From an uncultured Spirochaetaceae bacterium (lineage in GTDB: Bacteria > Spirochaetota > Spirochaetia > DSM-27196 > PWMO01): a DNA stretch of 64,000 nucleotides. Made by a program: the position numbers and the translations under genes. Below the pieces are notes generated by a model. That model saw only the letters and a program-made list of their open reading frames with translations, did no database searches and was not told where the DNA came from. Positions 31,543 to 38,465 of the stretch are shown here, one piece after another (the first letter of the stretch is position 1; the number at the start of each line of letters is the position of its first letter). The stretch covers positions 170 through 64,169 of the forward strand of contig CAZVXU010000001.1 of the NCBI GenBank assembly GCA_964631585.1, written 5' to 3'.

Positions 31543-32805
31543 TTAGAAGAGCTCGTCCTCGCCTGACTCCGGGCCGCCCTCGGAAGCACTGTTTGCTACC
31601 GAAGGCGATGCGGTCTCGGCCTCCGCTTTGGCCTTCGCCTTGCTGCCACCGCTACGTTTCGCGCCGGAGCCTTCACCCGAGGTAGCTGCGCCCCCTTTCG
31701 CGTCGCCCGCCCCGGCACTGCCGGCCTTTGCACCGCCGGCCTCGGCGGATCCGGTCTGAGACTCGCCGGCGTACCGCTCGGGGAATATGGCTCGCCGGGC
31801 CCTGTCTTCGATGTCTGCGGCGATCTCGGGGTTCTTCTCAAGGAAGTCCTTGACGTTTTCACGCCCCTGGCCGATGCGCTCCTCTCCATAGGAGTACCAG
31901 CTGCCGCTCTTTGAGATCACGTCGTACTTCAGCCCCGCGTCGAGCAGGCTGCCGGTGGCGGAGATGCCCTTGCCGAAGATGATCTCAACCTCGGCCTTCC
32001 GGAAGGGCGGGGCCACCTTGTTCTTCACAATCTTCACGCGAACGCGGTTTCCGATGGCGTCGTCGGTTCCCTTCGTTATGGTCTCGATGCGCCTGACCTC
32101 CACGCGAACCGAGGAGTAGAACTTCAGCGCCTTGCCGCCCGTGGTGGTCTCGGGATTGCCGAACATCACCCCGATCTTCATACGGATCTGATTGATGAAT
32201 ACGAGGCACGTGCCGGACTTCGAGATGGTTCCGGTGAGCTTACGCAGTGCCTGGCTCATGAGGCGCGCCTGGAGCCCGACGTGGGAGTCGCCCATATCGC
32301 CCTCGATTTCCGCCTGGGGCGTGAGAGCCGCAACCGAGTCGACGACAATGATGTCCACCGAGCCCGAGCGCACGAGGGTTTCGGCGATTTCGAGCGCCTG
32401 CTCTCCGGTGTCGGGCTGAGATACCCAGAGCTCGTCCACGTTCACCCCGAGGGCACGTGCGTAGGCGGGGTCGAGCGCGTGCTCGGCGTCGACGAAGGCG
32501 GCAATGCCGCCGATCTTCTGCGCCTCGGCGATCGCATGCAATGCCAGTGTGGTCTTTCCGGACGACTCGGGTCCGAAGACCTCCACCACGCGTCCCTTTG
32601 GATATCCGCCGAGACCCAGTGCTTCGTCGATCATGATCGAGCCGCTGGGAATGACTTTGATCCCGCTCGTGTCGGTTCCCTCGCCCATCTTCATGAGCGA
32701 GCCCTTGCCGAACTGCTTTTCGATCTGCAGCCGGGCCGCCTCTATCGCCCGCTCTTTCTCGTCGGTGTTTTCGAGATCACGTGTCTCGGTGTCTTTCTTT
32801 GCCAT
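31543..32805 (-). CDS. recA: recombinase RecA with extended low-complexity C-terminal tail
   Basis: 420 aa with Walker [20 protein letters not shown] and [23 protein letters not shown] ~75-aa Gly/Ala/Ser/Lys tail ends in GEDELF. Confidence 0.97.
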   Translation of the reverse strand: MAKKDTETRDLENTDEKERAIEAARLQIEKQFGKGSLMKMGEGTDTSGIKVIPSGSIMIDEALGLGGYPKGRVVEVFGPESSGKTTLALHAIAEAQKIGGIAAFVDAEHALDPAYARALGVNVDELWVSQPDTGEQALEIAETLVRSGSVDIIVVDSVAALTPQAEIEGDMGDSHVGLQARLMSQALRKLTGTISKSGTCLVFINQIRMKIGVMFGNPETTTGGKALKFYSSVRVEVRRIETITKGTDDAIGNRVRVKIVKNKVAPPFRKAEVEIIFGKGISATGSLLDAGLKYDVISKSGSWYSYGEERIGQGRENVKDFLEKNPEIAADIEDRARRAIFPERYAGESQTGSAEAGGAKAGSAGAGDAKGGAATSGEGSGAKRSGGSKAKAKAEAETASPSVANSASEGGPESGEDELF

Positions 32806-32816
32806 ACTAATCCTCT

Positions 32817-32855
32817 CCCGTAGCAGGGGTTCGAGCTTTCACTGATTGCTACGGG
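32817..32855 (-). promoter_or_regulatory. perfect 9-bp inverted repeat in the recA leader
   Basis: CCCGTAGCA (32817-32825) and TGCTACGGG (32847-32855) are separated by a 21-nt spacer. The proximal arm abuts the recA Shine-Dalgarno sequence (GGGAGAGGA). Confidence 0.35.
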
Positions 32856-32890
32856 TAAAACGGGCGTGGTGCTTCACGGTTCCGGCGAAA

Positions 32891-32919
32891 ATATTAACCT
32901 CCACCCGGCAGTCGGTCAA
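32891..32919 (-). promoter_or_regulatory. candidate sigma-70 promoter of recA
   Basis: On the minus strand the sequence reads TTGACC, then 17 nt, then TAATAT (plus-strand ggtcaa 32914-32919 and atatta 32891-32896). It lies about 85 nt upstream of the recA ATG. Confidence 0.45.
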
Positions 32920-32943
32920 TATGAGCGCCGATACTGTACGTGT

Positions 32944-33717
32944 ATGCCCCCCGGCCCTTCGCATTACCGTTGCCCCGCGCAGCGTCGCAGCTCCCCCCTC
33001 ATCGGACTGACGCGACTACTCGTGGCCTTCGCTTTGATAGCGGGAGTCTCAACGTTCGTGACTCCACCACCCGCCGGCGCACAAAGCGGCGGCTGGGCGG
33101 ATATCGCCGAGGCGAGCGGTCCGGAGCAGGACGGCTACATCGCCGAGCTTCTGACCACCCTGCCCCTCACCGACGCCCTCACGGTTGCCCGTTCCCTGCC
33201 GCGCCGCGAACACGCCGACATCGGTGCGCCGCTGCGCGCCCTTTACCGGGGACCACGTGCGGCCACTCAGCGGGCGGAGCTCCTCACCCGCGTCGCCCTC
33301 GACGCCCTGCATGCTCTCCCGGCGGATCGCCGGCGCCCCGCACTGGAGGCGAACGCGGGGCTCTTGCGGCACTTCCTCGTCGAGAGCTCCCGACTCGAAT
33401 CAGCCATGCTTCGGGCCGCGGTGTGGCGGGCGGCGGCGGCCTCCAGCGAGGAGGCCCGGCGGGACATGTTGCCCGCTGCGCGGACCGCGGCAGCCGCCCT
33501 ACACGCGCGCTTTGCCGCGGCGGGGGACGATCGGGTCGTCGAGCGAGCTCCGGACCGAAGAGAGGATCCGGAGCTTACCGCCGAGGGACTCGCCTTCTTC
33601 TCATACGCCGATGTGACTCCCGACAGCACGCTCGTGGCCCTCGCAGATGCCATACGCGAGGAGTCCCGCGATGCGGCGCTCGTTGAGCGGGCCCGCTCAG
33701 TACTTGAGAGCCGTTAG
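32944..33717 (+). CDS. hypothetical Ala/Arg-rich secreted protein
   Basis: The ATG at 32944 lies inside track ORF 32866..33717. A hydrophobic N-terminus (LLVAFALIAGVSTFVTPPPAGAQ) is followed by Ala/Arg/Leu-rich helical sequence. I recognise no family, and the region is locally very GC-rich with ORFs in several frames. Confidence 0.45.
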   Translation: MPPGPSHYRCPAQRRSSPLIGLTRLLVAFALIAGVSTFVTPPPAGAQSGGWADIAEASGPEQDGYIAELLTTLPLTDALTVARSLPRREHADIGAPLRALYRGPRAATQRAELLTRVALDALHALPADRRRPALEANAGLLRHFLVESSRLESAMLRAAVWRAAAASSEEARRDMLPAARTAAAALHARFAAAGDDRVVERAPDRREDPELTAEGLAFFSYADVTPDSTLVALADAIREESRDAALVERARSVLESR

Positions 33718-33753
33718 CACAGCCCGCGTCGGGCGTCGGTGCTTCGAACGAGA

Positions 33754-34203
33754 TTAGAACGCCTTCTCAGAGTCGATGAGGATGGTCACCGGCCCGTCAT
33801 TCGTGTAACGGACCTGCATGTGGGCCTGGAACACCCCGGTTGCCACCTCGAGCCCCATGTTTTGCAGCTCCTCGACGAAGCGCTCGTACACGGGTGTTGC
33901 CACCTCGGGCGACGCCGCTCGATTGTAGGATGGTCGCCTGCCCTTTCTCGTGTCGCCATAGAGGGTGAACTGCGAAACCACGCAGGCGGCACCACCTGAG
34001 TCGAGGAGGGAGCGGTTCATCACCCCGTCCTCGTCCTCGAAAATGCGAAGATTGGCGACCTTTTGGGTCACATGGGTGATCTCCTGGGCACCGTCGTCGG
34101 GATTGATGCCGAGATAGATAAGGGCGCCACGACTGATGGCGCCGACTGTCTCGCCGTCGACTTCGATGCTGCAGTCCACCACACGCTGTACGACCGCTCT
34201 CAT
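33754..34203 (-). CDS. dtd: D-aminoacyl-tRNA deacylase
   Basis: 149 aa with MRAVVQRV, SQFTLYGD and GRRPSY motifs. Confidence 0.92.
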   Translation of the reverse strand: MRAVVQRVVDCSIEVDGETVGAISRGALIYLGINPDDGAQEITHVTQKVANLRIFEDEDGVMNRSLLDSGGAACVVSQFTLYGDTRKGRRPSYNRAASPEVATPVYERFVEELQNMGLEVATGVFQAHMQVRYTNDGPVTILIDSEKAF

Positions 34204-34238
34204 CCCCGGCTACTCCTCTCGCGCTCCTTCGGCGCAGG

Positions 34239-35330
34239 CTACTCGCCCCCCGGCTGTATCCGCCGAACGGCAACACCCCGCAGGCCGGTCAGCTCGGAAT
34301 CCGCTATAACCTCGGCAATGAGCTCCACCGACATGGCGGACTCGATGCGGGCGGCAAAGTTCAGTCGGACGGGGACCACGCCCTCGAGTACCCGCTGGTT
34401 CTCGTATCCGACGAGGAGATCGAAGATGATCGCATCGTCACCGATACTGACGTTTGCCGCGCGGCCGCGCCACCGGACGTAGCATCCCTCGTAGAGCCAG
34501 GGTTCTTCCGAAACCTCTCGATAGGAGAAGTTCTCGCCGAAATCAGTGAAGCCGGGCTCGCGGAGGTAGTCGGTGAGTAGCAGCGCCCGCTCCTTCAGAT
34601 CCGCGGCAGCGTTGGAGTGCAGCAGACGGTTTATTGCGCGCCGCGCGAGGTTATCCTCGCCGTCGTGGAAGTGGTCCCGGATCCGGTCGAAGAGCCGCTC
34701 CACCTCCCCTTCCGTGAGAACGTAGCGGAAGTCACCGGTGTACTGGATGAGTTGCTCACCCTCGGTGTCGATGTCCAGTACTTCGGCGCCCTGCCGCTCC
34801 TCGGCGGGGGGCCGGTCGAAGAGATCACTCCAGGGCACGAACAGAAAGCCTATGGCGAGAACTGCAATGAGTGCGCCGGCGCCCGCCCACAGAACCGCTT
34901 TGTGCAGCGGGAACGGCTTCCCGGGAAGGATTCGGTTGATGCGGCCCTCTCGAAAGAGCTCCTGTACCTCGGCCTGAGTCTCCGCCTCCCGTAACGCCGC
35001 GAGACCGCGCCGGGCCTGGGGATTACGGGGGTCCACGTCGAGAACGTCCAGCCAGAGCCGAAGGGCATCCTGGGTCTCGTTCCGTCGCAGATGCACCGCG
35101 GCCAGGCCAAGGAGGGAATCGGCATCATCCGGAGTCAGCTGGGCGGACCTGCTCAGGTAGGAGTAGGCGCCGCCGAGATCGCCCATCTGCAGGCACGACA
35201 TGCCGAGTAGATAGTAGAAGCGGGGATGCTCCCGGTACATGAACACCTGTGGCTCGAGCAGGTGGATGACATCGGAGTAGCGCCCGGAGGAAAAGAGGCG
35301 TTCCGCCTTCTTGAGTCCCTGAGTCTTCAT
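34239..35330 (-). CDS. bitopic TPR protein (cytoplasmic TPR, one TM, extracytoplasmic domain)
   Basis: 363 aa. N-terminal TPRs (YYLLGMSCLQMGDLGGAYSYL, LGLAAVHLRRNETQDAL) are followed by a TM segment (AVLWAGAGALIAVLAIGFLFV) and a ~190-aa C-terminal domain. Confidence 0.65.
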   Translation of the reverse strand: MKTQGLKKAERLFSSGRYSDVIHLLEPQVFMYREHPRFYYLLGMSCLQMGDLGGAYSYLSRSAQLTPDDADSLLGLAAVHLRRNETQDALRLWLDVLDVDPRNPQARRGLAALREAETQAEVQELFREGRINRILPGKPFPLHKAVLWAGAGALIAVLAIGFLFVPWSDLFDRPPAEERQGAEVLDIDTEGEQLIQYTGDFRYVLTEGEVERLFDRIRDHFHDGEDNLARRAINRLLHSNAAADLKERALLLTDYLREPGFTDFGENFSYREVSEEPWLYEGCYVRWRGRAANVSIGDDAIIFDLLVGYENQRVLEGVVPVRLNFAARIESAMSVELIAEVIADSELTGLRGVAVRRIQPGGE

Positions 35331-35341
35331 TCGGCGTGTGG

Positions 35342-36400
35342 CTACCGCGTATCGTACGCTTCCTGACGGTTTTCGAGCTGCCGCAGGATTTCCTCGACCA
35401 CTTCCACGTCCTCCGCGTCGAGCTCGGCGTCTCCAGAAAGAAGCGTGTCGATCTCGTCGAGGAGATCGTTGACAGATACCAACTCTTCCCGGGCAGTCCG
35501 GGCATCGAGTTCCGGCGCGGCTTCATCGCGGGCGCGATCGAGAAGCTCCGCGCTCTCAGTTCGAGCCACAGAGTACTCTGCGTAGCCCGCCGGGTCGAGG
35601 TTTCCGATGAGCGTCGTTATTCGCCGCGACTCCCCCGGTGCAAGCTGTTCGGCACCGTAGTACACAGCCGCGGCCGAATCGTCAATGGAGTATGGAAGCA
35701 GGCTGAAAGTACGATCGGCGTTGACGGTGTAGTCGTAGGTCGTTTCCGACAGTCGCTTCCAGTTCGCAAAGACGACGCGTTCGGGTCTCGTAATGCCCTC
35801 TCCCGCGATCAGCTGCTGAAAGCCCACCCCCTCGCGCTCGGGATCCGGCGTTGCCCACCATGAGCGGGCCGAAGACGGGGTCACTTGAGTCTCAGAGCGA
35901 AGGCGCTCTCCGTCGGCGAGGAGGAAATGGGCCTGCCGGGACTCCGCGAGGTAAGTGTCAAAGAGGTATCGCGCCGCCACCTCGCGAGGAACCTCGGAGA
36001 CGTTCTCGATGACGAGCTCCACGATCACCCCGTTTGCCAGACGCGCCGACGTGGATGTAACGAAGGAAAACCGCTGGGTGATCCTCAACACGCCGGATTC
36101 CCACACGAACGCCGCCCGTCCGCCCGCCTGACGCTCCACGCGAAGGTCGAACCGTGGCGAGTTGCCGAGCCTATACACGTCGTTTCCGTCGCGAATCCGG
36201 ATTTCCGACGTTCGCGGGTCGGTGTCGTCTATCAGAGGAATGTAGCGGTCCCGTTGGAGGTCGGTCCGATAGTCGAGGGAGAAGCGCCCGCTCTGCTCGT
36301 GCAGCACGAGCCTCACGCGGCCCTCGGTGAGCTCGATCGCGGGAACCTGCCACGCGACGACAGCCATCACAACAAGCAACAGAAGTGCACGCCGCATCAC
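35342..36400 (-). CDS. hypothetical secreted protein
   Basis: 352 aa with a signal peptide (MMRRALLLLVVMAVVAWQVPA) and an acidic helical C-terminus. I recognise no family. It overlaps the upstream gene by 4 nt. Confidence 0.6.
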   Translation of the reverse strand: MMRRALLLLVVMAVVAWQVPAIELTEGRVRLVLHEQSGRFSLDYRTDLQRDRYIPLIDDTDPRTSEIRIRDGNDVYRLGNSPRFDLRVERQAGGRAAFVWESGVLRITQRFSFVTSTSARLANGVIVELVIENVSEVPREVAARYLFDTYLAESRQAHFLLADGERLRSETQVTPSSARSWWATPDPEREGVGFQQLIAGEGITRPERVVFANWKRLSETTYDYTVNADRTFSLLPYSIDDSAAAVYYGAEQLAPGESRRITTLIGNLDPAGYAEYSVARTESAELLDRARDEAAPELDARTAREELVSVNDLLDEIDTLLSGDAELDAEDVEVVEEILRQLENRQEAYDTR

Positions 36401-37341
36401 ATTCCCCCCGCCTCGATGTCGCCGAGCCGGTTCAGGTAGAACTCCTTGAGCTCCAGGGCCCGGGCTTTCGTCTCCACGAGCTCGCGCTCCGCGGTGCTCG
36501 TCGGCGCCCGTTCCGGTGTCGGCCGGCTTGCCAGTCGCTGTCTGAGGTCCCGTATTTCGCGATCACGCTCGGAGAGCTCGGCCTCGAGCTCCGATACTCT
36601 CTCGCTGAGGCGATCCAGCTCCGCGCGGAAATCGCCGCTGGCGAGACGTCGCAGGCGCTCGCGATACTCGCTCAGCGCCTCCTCGTAGGTTCGTTCGCGC
36701 TGCTCGAACTCATCGATAGCGTTGAGATACTCCTGATGACTCCAGCGCAGGAGCTTCAACAGCGATTGCTCCCGTCGATTGAGCTCGATAACCGACAGGC
36801 GGTACTCGGCGGCCTCCGCGCGAAAGCTCTCGGGGTACTCCTCGGTGACGGTACGGAACACCTCCGCCGAGCGTTCGAACTGGCCGAGCGCGTACAGCGC
36901 CTCGCCGATCCAGTAGTAGGCGTTCGGCAGAAAACGGGAGTCCGGATGTCGCACGATGAAGTCCTCGAGGGCTCGGATGGCTTCCTGATAGTCTTCCTCC
37001 AGATACAGAAGCCGCCCCCGCTGATAGCGTGCTTCGGCGGCAAAGCGGTGCTCCGGGTAGTTCTGCAGGAAGAACTCGAGGTTCTCCGCCGCCTCCTCGA
37101 GACGTCCGGCGGCCAGTGCGGAGCGACCGATCCAGAAATACGCATCCGCGCGGTAGGCGTCGGCCTCGGGAGATGAGAGAAGCTCCCTGAACGTCACCAT
37201 CGCCTGCTCATAGCTGCCGCCTCGAAAATCCTCCAGCCCCTCTTCCAGAATCCGCCGGGCAGGATCCGCTTCCTGAGCAAACGTTGACATCGTTACGAGT
37301 AGTAGCACGACGGCAATCGTCGCACGAGTAGTCGTTATCAT
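36397..37341 (-). CDS. secreted TPR protein (YbgF/CpoB-like repeats) with C-terminal coiled coil
   Basis: I start it at the ATG at 37341 because MITTTRATIAVVLLLVTMSTFAQE reads as a signal peptide. TPR_6-like repeats (YPEHRFAAEARYQRG, HPDSRFLPNAYYWIGEAL, YPESFRAEAAEYRL) are followed by an Arg/Glu coiled coil. Confidence 0.65.
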   Translation of the reverse strand: MITTTRATIAVVLLLVTMSTFAQEADPARRILEEGLEDFRGGSYEQAMVTFRELLSSPEADAYRADAYFWIGRSALAAGRLEEAAENLEFFLQNYPEHRFAAEARYQRGRLLYLEEDYQEAIRALEDFIVRHPDSRFLPNAYYWIGEALYALGQFERSAEVFRTVTEEYPESFRAEAAEYRLSVIELNRREQSLLKLLRWSHQEYLNAIDEFEQRERTYEEALSEYRERLRRLASGDFRAELDRLSERVSELEAELSERDREIRDLRQRLASRPTPERAPTSTAERELVETKARALELKEFYLNRLGDIEAGGM

Positions 37342-37438
37342 GAAAAGCCGGTCTCCTATTACTGTGTCGACCTGGTGACCCGACGACCTGATACCGCAAT
37401 CATAAATCATGACTCCGTCTATGGCAAACCCGCGGTCG

Positions 37439-37468
37439 TTGACTAGCTGGGGCGGAATGCTGTATTAA
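37439..37468 (+). promoter_or_regulatory. candidate sigma-70 promoter for the 37498 gene and greA
   Basis: TTGACT (37439-37444), then an 18-nt spacer, then TATTAA (37463-37468). Because of it I prefer the second ATG at 37498, which is preceded by AAGGGGA. Confidence 0.4.
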
Positions 37469-37497
37469 TATAGATGAAACAGAGATTTAAGGGGACT

Positions 37498-38451
37498 ATG
37501 TCTCACGACCAACAGGGCGCACACGGAGAGCCTGTCGAGAGTCTCCTGAGGGCGGCTTACGAGCATACGAAAAACAGGGAACTTCATGACGCCGGAAGGA
37601 AGCTTGAGGAGGCGCTGTCGGTAGACTTCGACAATACCGAGGTCGTGACGGCGCTCAAGTACGTCAACTTCTGGAAAGATCGTGATGCCTCCTCAAGGGA
37701 GGCTTCGAGCGGATTCGAGCGGGGCGAGTACCTCCTCGGTCAATGGAGACTGTTCAACGCATTCGTTCGTCGTGTCGGGGAAATATCGGAACGGTTTCTC
37801 TACGCAATTCGACAATACGCATTCGGCGAAGCGCTCGAAGAGTTCGAGCGTAGCGCTGAAGAATCCGGTGGAAACGATCCGGAAATCCTCCTCCGCAAGG
37901 GTCGCTGCTACAAGGGAACCGGCGAATACGACAAGGCCCTCGAAGTTCTGTCGAAGGCTGCCCGTGCCCGCTCGGATGACCCGCACGTACTTGCCGAGCT
38001 TGCCGATTCCTACGCCCTGGTCAACGAGATCAGCAAGGCAAAGGCCTTTTTTCGCGAAGCCTTTTTCCTCGGTCCCCAGAAAGTAGATATCGGGACGCTC
38101 GAGTCGGAAATGATCGGGCGGCTGATTACCAAACTACGGGAGCTCGGATACGAGAGCCCGGCGCTGGAAGAGTGGCTTCCGGTCTACGGAGTACTATACG
38201 GGGTGTTTTCAGTCAAACGAGAGCTGCGATCCATCGAGTATGGAAAGCTCAAACAGTCCATCTACGCCCTGGAACACGAGTATCACGACAAACCTGACCC
38301 CGACGGCATTGTGTGTGCAAAACTCCTCAATCGGTACTTCTGGTTGATCGATCACTACACGAATACACAGGAAGACCAAAGTAAGATAGATGAAGTGCTG
38401 CTGAAGATCCGGAGCACGAACGAGAAGATCTACAGCCACTACGTCAGCTAA
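37498..38451 (+). CDS. hypothetical helical-repeat (TPR-like) protein
   Basis: The track ORF starts at 37474. The ATG at 37498 has a Shine-Dalgarno sequence. TPR-like helices include LLRKGRCYKGTGEYDKALEVL and LAELADSYALVNEISKAKAFF. The greA start is 15 nt downstream. Confidence 0.6.
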   Translation: MSHDQQGAHGEPVESLLRAAYEHTKNRELHDAGRKLEEALSVDFDNTEVVTALKYVNFWKDRDASSREASSGFERGEYLLGQWRLFNAFVRRVGEISERFLYAIRQYAFGEALEEFERSAEESGGNDPEILLRKGRCYKGTGEYDKALEVLSKAARARSDDPHVLAELADSYALVNEISKAKAFFREAFFLGPQKVDIGTLESEMIGRLITKLRELGYESPALEEWLPVYGVLYGVFSVKRELRSIEYGKLKQSIYALEHEYHDKPDPDGIVCAKLLNRYFWLIDHYTNTQEDQSKIDEVLLKIRSTNEKIYSHYVS

Positions 38452-38465
38452 CACAGGAGAGAGAC

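Noticed and set aside
32940-33686. A 248-aa Arg/Pro/Gly-rich ORF in an alternative plus frame over the Ala/Arg-rich gene.
   Set aside because: Its extreme Arg/Pro/Gly composition is typical of an off-frame reading of GC-rich coding DNA. The neighbouring frame has a signal peptide and a more protein-like composition. Neither frame is proven.
33718-33753. A short GCCCG-CGT-CGGGC hairpin between the convergent Ala/Arg-rich ORF and dtd, considered as a bidirectional terminator.
   Set aside because: The stem is only 5 bp with a 3-nt loop and has no flanking U/A tracts, which is too weak to call.
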